From NCBI GenBank assembly GCA_945892985.1, contig CAMDDU010000003.1:62060-126059 (forward strand): a DNA stretch of 64,000 nucleotides, in the 5' to 3' direction. Of the stretch, positions 40,567 to 48,540 are shown one piece after another. Every line of letters starts with the position of its first letter. Within the stretch, counting starts at the first letter, position 1. A program made the translations under genes and the position numbers. The notes under the pieces are model-generated. The model was given only the letters and a program-made list of their open reading frames with translations. It made no database searches and was not told where the DNA came from. The DNA is from Bordetella parapertussis. Its GTDB lineage: Bacteria; Pseudomonadota; Gammaproteobacteria; Burkholderiales; SG8-39.

Positions 40567-40971
40567 GAAGACGTCCACGATAGGTAAATGATCTACCCTT
40601 TACCTGAACATCGGTAGCAATTGAAGTGATAGGGTAGATCGTTGTAGGGAATGTTGCTAACCGCTGCTCTGAGCCAGAAGTACGTTTGTAACAGCTCGGC
40701 TGTTGATCAGCAGAAAACACGCTCGCTTCAACTGGTACCGATTTAAGGGGCTAGATCACCTTCGATGCTGTACATTTTGAATGGTTCGTTGCATTTGCTT
40801 TATCCAACGGTAGATAAGGAGTTTTCGTTTAAATAGATATTGTTTAGTAGTTCTATTTTTAGTGGCCTTTTTGAAAGTAAGAAATTAATTCTTTGTATTG
40901 TTGCTGTCGCTCATAAAAAGTTACAGATCGGGCAGTTCGATAGTTCACGATGTTTTTTGGAGGGGGGTACC

Positions 40972-42066
40972 ATGCAATTAACGAATTTCTTCTTTCGCGG
41001 CCTGAAGGCTTTTTCGCTGGTGGCTATTGCCGCAGTCTTGGGTGGTTCGCCTGTTGCTTATTCGCAGGCAGGGGCAGGAAAGGGCAAACTTGCGGCAATC
41101 ATTGAGGCCGCATCTAAAGAGAAGGAGGTTGTTTTTCAGGCACCTGATCCAGAGACAGGCCTTCCTGCTGCTGACTTCCTGAGAGATATGGCTGCCATAA
41201 CGGAGCGGCTATACGGTATCAAGGTCAACATTCGAATCGACAATTCGTTAAATTTCCCAGCATCTGTCGCGAAGGCGATCACTGAGATACGTTCTGGTGC
41301 TGCGCCCAGCTATGACCTTATGTTCCAGAATGCCGTATCCGGACTTCCTCTTTACGTTAACAAGGCCTATGAGCAGATTCCTTGGTTAGAACTGTTTCCA
41401 CAACTTACGCCCCAGGATCTAGCTTGGAATGGCATTACGCCCATCGTAGACACGCAATTCATACTACCGATCTACAACACGCGCCTAGTCAGGCCACAGG
41501 ACGTGCCCAAATCTTGGGATGATCTGCTCAACCCTAGGTGGAAGGGAAAGCTTGGGGTGCTGGTTAACTACGAACCTTGGGCGCTCCTTTCGCAGCCTAA
41601 CGCCTGGGGCGAGGCGAAGACTATGGCTTTCCTAAAGCGTCTGCTGGAGCAGTCACCGAAGCTTGGCCGGCTCCCCGAGTCCCATGAGCGTGTTCTTTCG
41701 GGTGAGACACCTATAGCTTCTTTTGGACAACGTGAGCGGACGCTGTACTACAAGGAACAACGTAGCGCCCCAATGGGGGTGGTTGAATCGGCTGACCCGG
41801 CGCTGGTGTACGTCTATATCTTCGTGGTCCCTAAGGGAGCAAAGAATAAGAACGCAGCGATGCTCGTTGCTGCAGCGATGATGTCAAAAGAGGGGCAGGA
41901 GCTTCACCAAAAATATCGGAATTCCACATCCATGTTCCGCCCGGGAACACCTGCAGCTGCTTTTGCAAAGACTCACAAGGTCATTGTCCCGGATCTTGAC
42001 TTTATTACGAGCAAGGACTACGCGGAGTTGACCAAACGGATCAGCAGCATTTTGGCGCAGCGGTAG
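40972..42066 (+). CDS. ABC transporter periplasmic substrate-binding protein (Fe3+/polyamine-type fold, substrate unknown)
   Basis: The start is taken at MQLTNFFFRGLKAFSLVAIAAVLGGSPVAYS (GGAGGGGGG upstream). Followed by a matching permease and ATPase. Confidence 0.7.
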   Translation: MQLTNFFFRGLKAFSLVAIAAVLGGSPVAYSQAGAGKGKLAAIIEAASKEKEVVFQAPDPETGLPAADFLRDMAAITERLYGIKVNIRIDNSLNFPASVAKAITEIRSGAAPSYDLMFQNAVSGLPLYVNKAYEQIPWLELFPQLTPQDLAWNGITPIVDTQFILPIYNTRLVRPQDVPKSWDDLLNPRWKGKLGVLVNYEPWALLSQPNAWGEAKTMAFLKRLLEQSPKLGRLPESHERVLSGETPIASFGQRERTLYYKEQRSAPMGVVESADPALVYVYIFVVPKGAKNKNAAMLVAAAMMSKEGQELHQKYRNSTSMFRPGTPAAAFAKTHKVIVPDLDFITSKDYAELTKRISSILAQR

Positions 42067-42307
42067 CAGTGGATGCGGGTTCTCTTTGCGGTGGTATTTA
42101 GTCGACTTAGCATCATCTCTTTGTTGATCACTCGCGCTTTCAAGAGCCTATTTCGTAAGTGCGATCTGTATGTAGGTGTCCTTGAAAAATCCGTGACGTG
42201 GGAAATTCTTATGGGCGTGTCTCGGAGCTTAAACAGAATACTGATTATGAGATGAATCATCGAGTCATGAAAATTCAATGCTGTTTAATTGAAACGGGAC
42301 GGATTGG

Positions 42308-44008
42308 ATGAGGGTATCGCGTGCTTTTATGCCGGTTTTGGGGGTTGCGCTTGTCGGTGTTTTGCTCATTCTGGGCCCACTGTTGGCAACTGCTTGGATC
42401 AGTGTCACAAATGGCACTCCTGGCCATGGTGAACTTACCATGGAGAATTTCACCAAGGTGGCAACAGATCCGTTCGGTTACAAGGTATTGCTCAATACAT
42501 TAGTATTTGCCGTAGGAGCTACGGTAATAGCTATAGGCATCGGTGCGCCTCTTGCCTGGGCCGTAGCCCGTACCGATTTGCCTTTCCGTAAGTCAGTGAT
42601 CCTATTGCTTGGAATGATTCTGATTGTTCCTGGTTTTCTTCAGGCAATGGGTTGGGCTTTAATGCTAAGCCCTAACATCGGGATCGTTAATCGTGCGTTG
42701 ATAGAACTGTTTGAATTAGAGAACGCACCGTTTAACATCTACAGTCTCGCCGGAATGACCTTTGCGGAAGGCCTAAGCCTTGTGCCCCCGGCTTATTTCA
42801 TCATCTCTGCCGTATTCGCCGGGATGGATGGCAGCTTAGAGGAGGCGGCATATATGAGCGGGGCAGGTAAGTTTCGCACTTTTTTTCGAGTGAACTTACC
42901 TCTCGCTTGGCCGGCCATCGTTGCGGCAGCCATTTACGTATTTGTACTGGCATTCGCGGTGTTCGAAGTACCAATGGTGCTTGGGTTTCCGGATCGGATA
43001 TTTGTTTTCAGCACTATGCTCTATTTTCTAGTTCATTTGCAAAGTGCGGGTTTGCCAGAGTACGGTATTGCGGCATCTTATGGGGCGGTAGTGATGATAG
43101 CTAGCTTGGTGATGGCTGTTTATTACTCCCGCCTTATCCGCAACAGTAGGAAATACGCGACGATAACGGGCAAGGGGCGGCGCAGTAAATTGTTGTCGCT
43201 AGGTAAGTGGAGGCCTTTCGCCGTTATGCTTGTGGTGCTCTACTTTCTGTTGGCGTTGGGCCTACCCTTACTTGTTCTGATTTATTATTCTTTGTTGCCG
43301 TTCTTTCAGCTTCCTTCCATGGAAGCGCTAGGCTCGATGACATTGCAGAACTACGTCAACATTTACACTCGTCAGGGATTTCGGCCGCTGCTGAATACTG
43401 GTATTCTCGTGGCTGTCGTGCCTGTGGTGGTTGTATTTATTTCTGGCGCGATATCGTGGGTTGTGGTGCGTTCCCGCATTCGCGGTCGGTCGATAATTGA
43501 CAACATCGCCTTCTTGCCGATCGCGGTTCCTCGGATCGTCCTTGCAGTGTCTATCCTTTATCTTGCTCTGGCGATGCGTGAGTTCCTTCCTATCTATGGC
43601 ACGCTAATGGTCGTTGCCATCGCGCATGTCATTGCTTTTATGAGCTTTGCTACACGCACGCTAAATGGGGCGATGCTCCAAATTCACCCTGATCTTGAGG
43701 ATTCGGGGCGTCTGAGTGGAGCGTCTCTCTCGCGTGTCCTCAGAAAGATCACGGGCCCGTTGCTAAAGCCAGCGCTGTTTTCTGCCTGGTTTTGGGTGAT
43801 GCTATTGTCGTTCCGCGAGGTAACTATGGCGGTAATTCTTACTTCGGTGGATAGCGTTGTGCTCCCTGTGCAGATATGGAACCTCTGGAATACTGGATCG
43901 ACGCACCAGGCGGCGGCTGGGGCGGTGGTCCTCGCGGTAATCGCGTTGGCTTTGATGCTCATGATGCGGCGCCTTACTGAGCGTGTGTTTGCCCCTGGTG
44001 GGCATTGA
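42308..44008 (+). CDS. ABC transporter permease, fused two-domain type (FbpB/AfuB-like)
   Basis: 566 aa, about 12 helices, and two EAA-like loops (EEAAYMSGAGKFRTFFRV and LEDSGRLSGASLSRVLRKI). Confidence 0.8.
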   Translation: MRVSRAFMPVLGVALVGVLLILGPLLATAWISVTNGTPGHGELTMENFTKVATDPFGYKVLLNTLVFAVGATVIAIGIGAPLAWAVARTDLPFRKSVILLLGMILIVPGFLQAMGWALMLSPNIGIVNRALIELFELENAPFNIYSLAGMTFAEGLSLVPPAYFIISAVFAGMDGSLEEAAYMSGAGKFRTFFRVNLPLAWPAIVAAAIYVFVLAFAVFEVPMVLGFPDRIFVFSTMLYFLVHLQSAGLPEYGIAASYGAVVMIASLVMAVYYSRLIRNSRKYATITGKGRRSKLLSLGKWRPFAVMLVVLYFLLALGLPLLVLIYYSLLPFFQLPSMEALGSMTLQNYVNIYTRQGFRPLLNTGILVAVVPVVVVFISGAISWVVVRSRIRGRSIIDNIAFLPIAVPRIVLAVSILYLALAMREFLPIYGTLMVVAIAHVIAFMSFATRTLNGAMLQIHPDLEDSGRLSGASLSRVLRKITGPLLKPALFSAWFWVMLLSFREVTMAVILTSVDSVVLPVQIWNLWNTGSTHQAAAGAVVLAVIALALMLMMRRLTERVFAPGGH

Positions 44009-44033
44009 CGTAACGGGGAATCCGGACTGGAAT

Positions 44034-45128
44034 ATGGGAATGCTTAAGATCACCAATCTGTCTAAGAAATTCGAGGTGACGGATGGCAAGACAATTGCGG
44101 TGCGAAACCTTGATCTCGAGGTGGAGAAGGGAAAATTTTTTGTGTTGTTAGGCCCTAGCGGATGCGGTAAATCGACACTGTTGCGTTGCGTGGCGGGGTT
44201 GGAAGGAATCGAGGAAGGGGAGATTTCTCTTGATGGTCGGTTGGTAAGCTCCGCTGAGCGGTGCTTTTCTGTTGATCCCGAAGACCGTGGGATTGCGATG
44301 GTGTTCCAGACGTATGCGATCTGGCCCCATATGACGGTGTTTGACAACGTCGCTTTTCCTTTGACTGAGGCGAAGAACGCAAACCTTTCACGAGCCAAGG
44401 TTCAAGCCAAAGTGAAGGACATTCTCGCGCTGGTACGGCTTGCAGACTATGGAGCGTATTCAGCAGCAACCATGAGCGGTGGTCAACAACAGCGGATAGC
44501 TCTTGCACGAGCCCTCGTGCGCGAACCTAAGTTACTGCTAATGGATGAGCCTCTTAGCAATCTAGATGCAAAGCTACGTGAGGAGATGCGCGACGAGATC
44601 AAGCAATTGACCCGTGCCCTAGGCGTGACCACGCTGCACGTTACTCACGATCAGACTGAAGCTATGGCTCTTGCTGATTCGCTGGCGGTTATGTCTGCTG
44701 GAAAGATCCTGCAATTAGGCGAGCCTGAACATCTCTATCGGCGTCCCGTGAATCGGATGGTTGCTGAGTTCCTTGGGCGGACGAATTGGTTGACTGGCAA
44801 AGTGGATGGAACGAACCATGCGCAGACAGAGATGGGTGGCGTATCTGTGATACTACCGGCGTCCACGGCTCTGGGGTCAGATATTCGTTTGGGAATACGA
44901 CCGGAATGGGCGGAACTGACTCGCGATCCGCACGGTGGACTGGACGAATACCGCGGCATAGTGACTGGCAGGAGTTTTCTCGGGGACATCGTTGTTTATA
45001 AGGTTAAGGTGGGCGGTGTGGAACTGTTGATTAAATCTAATGCGCCTGACATACCAGCGTATGGGGAGGTGACCGTATTGGTTCCTCCGGACAGGTGGGT
45101 TGTGTTCTCTGGTTTGGGGGCGGAGTAG
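44034..45128 (+). CDS. ABC transporter ATP-binding protein (PotA/FbpC-like with C-terminal TOBE-type domain)
   Basis: Walker A GPSGCGKST, signature MSGGQQQRIALAR and Walker B LLMDEP. Confidence 0.85.
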   Translation: MGMLKITNLSKKFEVTDGKTIAVRNLDLEVEKGKFFVLLGPSGCGKSTLLRCVAGLEGIEEGEISLDGRLVSSAERCFSVDPEDRGIAMVFQTYAIWPHMTVFDNVAFPLTEAKNANLSRAKVQAKVKDILALVRLADYGAYSAATMSGGQQQRIALARALVREPKLLLMDEPLSNLDAKLREEMRDEIKQLTRALGVTTLHVTHDQTEAMALADSLAVMSAGKILQLGEPEHLYRRPVNRMVAEFLGRTNWLTGKVDGTNHAQTEMGGVSVILPASTALGSDIRLGIRPEWAELTRDPHGGLDEYRGIVTGRSFLGDIVVYKVKVGGVELLIKSNAPDIPAYGEVTVLVPPDRWVVFSGLGAE

Positions 45129-45209
45129 GTCGTATCACCGCCAGAATTTGGGGCAGATGCAATGATGCAGCTGCTGGTAAGGGGCAACCGGTAAGTTAAG
45201 GGGGGGAGA

Positions 45210-46340
45210 ATGTCGTTAAAGGACCGCTATGCAATTGTCGGCGTAGGCAACACCCGTGTTGGAAGGATTCCGGAGATGAGCGACTACGGACTCCAAGTGC
45301 AGGCCGCTAAGCTTGCGATGGACGATGCCGGTATGACCAAGGCGGACATCGACGGCATGATTACCCATAGCCATATGTTGGGGGGGGTTCGGGTGCATCA
45401 CCAACGAGTCGCGCAGCGGTTAGGCATGAACACACGGTTCGGAGTATCTATTTCTAGCGGTGGCTCCACCTCGTGCATGATGGCGCAATTAGCTGCCGCG
45501 ACCATCGAGGCCGGAATGTGTGAGGCCGTGCTGTGTGTGCACGGTGATAAGTCTTTGACCCGCGGTGGCGATACGCATGATGGGGATAAGGAATTCGGGC
45601 CCGAGTACGGAATGATTGGCGCTGCTGCAAATCACGCCTTCGGCCTGACGCGACATATGCATGAATTTGGCACGACGCATGATCAACTTGGCGCGATTGC
45701 CGTTGCGGCGCGTAAGCATGCAATGCTGACGCCGCACGCGCAAATTAAGAAGCCGATGACGCTGGACGATTATCACAACTCACCCTGGATCGTCTGGCCT
45801 TACCACATGTTTGACTGCTGCTTGCGCAGTGATGGAGCTGCCGCTTTTATCGTTACATCTGCGGAGCGCGCTCGTGACCTGAAGACCCGTCCGGTGTACA
45901 TCATGGGTATGGGCACAGCCAATAATTCACGTGGTCCGTATTTTGGTAACCATCCAATTGTAACGGGCGGTAAGGAATCGGGTGAACAAGCATTTAGCAT
46001 GGCTGGTTTAACACCCAAGGATATCGATTTTGCGCAGATCTACGACTGCTTCACTTACATCGCAATGGTGACCTTGGAGGATTATGGGTTTTGTAAGAAA
46101 GGCGAGGGCGGTCCATTTGTCACTGGAGGCCGTATTGAATTGGGCGGTGAACTGCCGATGAATACTGCTGGTGGTATGTTGTCCGAGGGTTATGTGGAAG
46201 GAATGTTAGGCATCGTCGAGGCGGTGCGGCAGCTGCGCGGCGAGTGCGGTGCACGGCAGGTTAAGGATGCCGAGATTGGTATCGTCAGTGGTAATGGAGG
46301 TAACGCCGTGTGCCATTCCACTCTAATTCTGCGCCGCTAG
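45210..46340 (+). CDS. thiolase-like protein of the SCP-x / DitF / Ltp type, canonical catalytic cysteines not evident
   Basis: Thiolase-fold N-terminus YAIVGVGNTRVGR. At the expected nucleophile site the sequence is SISSGGSTS, and the C-terminal CxGGG-type motif reads SGNGGN (by-eye alignment only). Confidence 0.65.
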   Translation: MSLKDRYAIVGVGNTRVGRIPEMSDYGLQVQAAKLAMDDAGMTKADIDGMITHSHMLGGVRVHHQRVAQRLGMNTRFGVSISSGGSTSCMMAQLAAATIEAGMCEAVLCVHGDKSLTRGGDTHDGDKEFGPEYGMIGAAANHAFGLTRHMHEFGTTHDQLGAIAVAARKHAMLTPHAQIKKPMTLDDYHNSPWIVWPYHMFDCCLRSDGAAAFIVTSAERARDLKTRPVYIMGMGTANNSRGPYFGNHPIVTGGKESGEQAFSMAGLTPKDIDFAQIYDCFTYIAMVTLEDYGFCKKGEGGPFVTGGRIELGGELPMNTAGGMLSEGYVEGMLGIVEAVRQLRGECGARQVKDAEIGIVSGNGGNAVCHSTLILRR

Positions 46341-46362
46341 ACGGCGCGCAGAAAGGAAAACC

Positions 46363-46770
46363 ATGATTGAATATCACAAGCCGCTTCCTGTACCTAATGA
46401 AGACTCCGTACCTTTCTGGGAGGCGGCAAAGCGACACGAACTGTCGTTACAGCAATGCAAGGCGTGCAGCGCCTTCAGGTTTCCCCCGGTACCTTTGTGC
46501 CCTGAGTGCAATGTGATGGGTGGCGATTGGACCCGGGTCAAAGGGCAGGGAAAGATTTACTCCTTTGTCGTGTTTCATCGTGCCTTCCACAAAGGTTTTG
46601 AGGACAAGCTACCCTATGCCGTGGCACTGGTGGAGCTAGACGAAGGCCCGCGCGTGATGAGTAATATTATCGGCGTGCCGCCGGATCAGCTGAAATGCGA
46701 TATGCGAGTGGAGGCATTTTACGATGACGTAACTCCCGAGGTGACGTTGCCACAGTTCAGGCTAGTGTGA
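46363..46770 (+). CDS. DUF35 Zn-ribbon/OB-fold protein (partner of thiolase-like enzymes)
   Basis: PFWEAAKRHELSLQQCKACSAFRFPPVPLCPECNV (C4 zinc ribbon) followed by an OB-fold segment GKIYSFVVFH. Confidence 0.8.
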   Translation: MIEYHKPLPVPNEDSVPFWEAAKRHELSLQQCKACSAFRFPPVPLCPECNVMGGDWTRVKGQGKIYSFVVFHRAFHKGFEDKLPYAVALVELDEGPRVMSNIIGVPPDQLKCDMRVEAFYDDVTPEVTLPQFRLV

Positions 46771-46784
46771 ATGCCCGGGGGCTT

Positions 46785-48227
46785 TCATGTCATCGTAAAG
46801 GAGGGAGGGATGATCTCGTTCACCGATTTGCCGGTCCAGTGCCAAGTCGGAACCGCGTCCCAGAGGGTGTTGGCCCCAGTTTGTAGCTTTTCCATCAAGG
46901 GTTCTTCCTGGGTACGGAGGTAGTTCCCGTTCGAAACTAGAACCTCTCCATTGACAATGACGGTCTTAATATCACGGCTGGTTGCGCTTTCAACCAGCGA
47001 GCGTACTGGGTCGCGAACAGCGCCAAAGGCGATGTTGGTCAAGTCGATGACAATTATGTCCGCCTTGGCGCCCGGGCTTAGACGGCCAATGTCATCCCGC
47101 CCTAGGAGGCGTGCACCGCCTAGTGTTGCAGCATTAAAAACGTCTCGTGGATGACCAGAAGTGAACTTGCGATCTGCCATGCGTGAAGCAATGGAGGCAC
47201 ACCGCATCTCAGAGATCATGTCCTTCGGGTAGGTATCCGTTCCAAGCGACATTGGAATGCCAGCGTCCTTGTATCGGTCGAGTGATTCCATCACGATGCC
47301 AAGAGTCATGTATTTAAGCGGGCTGTATGACACAGCGGAACCTGAGTCTGCGATGATGGCGAGGTCGTTTCCATAGGGGTAGTTCACCCAACTATGATGG
47401 TTTAGAAAAATGCAGTGCGCGAGCGAGGTTCGCGGGCCTAGAATTCCACTGCGCTGTAGAAGCTCGATCGGCGAGCAGCGGTGCCGGCGCAGAATCTCGT
47501 GAAACTCGAGTAGGTTCATCGCTGTATGGATCTGGATCGGGATGCCGATGTCGTCCGCTATCGGTTTTACCTTAGCTAGGGTTTCTGGCGTGCAGGTGTC
47601 TACCTGTCCCGGAAATAGCATGGCTGTCACGAGCGGATTGTTTGATGCGTGCAGTTTTTTGGCGAATGCGAGCGCCTTAGCCATTCGCTCGGAGCCACGC
47701 TCCTCATTCCACTGGTAGTGTTGCCGTCCTTCCGCGTCGAAATAGTAATCCGCATCTCGGAAGCGCAGACCGGTGACGCAGCGAATTCCGACGTCGGCAA
47801 CGAGGTCTACGTAGTCTTGTAGCCCTTTTTCGGCCCCGCCATAATCAAGTACTGTGGTTGAACCACCCTTAAGGCAGTGGATCAGGCAGAAACGCACGGA
47901 CACATCCAACGTTTCCAAGTGATGGGGAACGTGCTTGTCCTTCATTGGGCCCGCATGCGATAGGTAGTTCGAGCCCAGGAAGTCAGGTTTGTCTGCATCG
48001 GTAAGCATGTAGTCGCCGGCGTTGCTCCCAGTGTGGACGTGCGAATTGATGAATCCGGGGGAAATCAGTGATCCGGGGGCGTCGATCGTCCGGTCAACAG
48101 CTCCGGCGTATTCTTTACCAACGAAAACGATATGGTCATTCTCGAAGACGACGGAGCCGTTTTGGATGACTTCATGCTGCTTTCCATCGAACCCGATAAC
48201 GTACTTTCCGCGGAGCAAGGTTTTCAT
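46785..48227 (-). CDS. amidohydrolase-superfamily protein (chlorohydrolase / aminohydrolase, ATZ-TRZ/SsnA-like)
   Basis: SPGFINSHVHTG (HxH metal motif). 480 aa. Convergent with the DUF35 gene, leaving only 14 nt between the stops. Confidence 0.7.
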   Translation of the reverse strand: MKTLLRGKYVIGFDGKQHEVIQNGSVVFENDHIVFVGKEYAGAVDRTIDAPGSLISPGFINSHVHTGSNAGDYMLTDADKPDFLGSNYLSHAGPMKDKHVPHHLETLDVSVRFCLIHCLKGGSTTVLDYGGAEKGLQDYVDLVADVGIRCVTGLRFRDADYYFDAEGRQHYQWNEERGSERMAKALAFAKKLHASNNPLVTAMLFPGQVDTCTPETLAKVKPIADDIGIPIQIHTAMNLLEFHEILRRHRCSPIELLQRSGILGPRTSLAHCIFLNHHSWVNYPYGNDLAIIADSGSAVSYSPLKYMTLGIVMESLDRYKDAGIPMSLGTDTYPKDMISEMRCASIASRMADRKFTSGHPRDVFNAATLGGARLLGRDDIGRLSPGAKADIIVIDLTNIAFGAVRDPVRSLVESATSRDIKTVIVNGEVLVSNGNYLRTQEEPLMEKLQTGANTLWDAVPTWHWTGKSVNEIIPPSFTMT

Positions 48228-48261
48228 AACATATAGTCCCGATGAGATTGCAAGGTGTTGA

Positions 48262-48441
48262 TTTCCACTGAATTGTGAGCCGGGTTTTTCATTGAATTTT
48301 GAGCCACCCTGTTTGAATCTTTATTATGACTCAGGTTGTGGATATCTTTCTGGTTCTGGACTCCTTTTTCGGTTGAGTTGAGCTGCTCTTGAAGCGGTAA
48401 CTCTTGTTCCCGGTCTCAAGGATGTGGCAATGGTGGGTGCG
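48262..48441 (-). mobile_element. IS21-family remnant: last 36 codons of istB plus the terminal repeat region
   Basis: Minus-strand translation of 48441..48331 is RTHHCHILETGNKSYRFKSSSTQPKKESRTRKISTT-stop, matching the IstB C-terminal pattern (L)THH.HI.E..G.SYR(F/L)K. Homology is cut by an in-frame TGA at its 5' side. Downstream are two copies of TGAATTKTGAGCC (48269-48281, 48293-48305). Confidence 0.7.
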
Positions 48442-48540
48442 ACTTGTTCAAACAACTAAAAGCCAGTTGTGCCGCATGGGTTTCAAGCGCTTTCTCCAGA
48501 ATACAATGGTTGGGCGCGTTGCCCTGGGTCGGGCTGTTTC

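Noticed and set aside
42073-42255. 60-aa ORF (MRVLFAVVFSRLSIISLLITRAF...) between the ABC binding-protein and permease genes as a small membrane protein
   Set aside because: It has no convincing ribosome-binding site and no recognisable family, and it lies in an AT-rich spacer where ORFs arise easily. It is kept only as a note. The 240-nt gap inside the operon remains unexplained.
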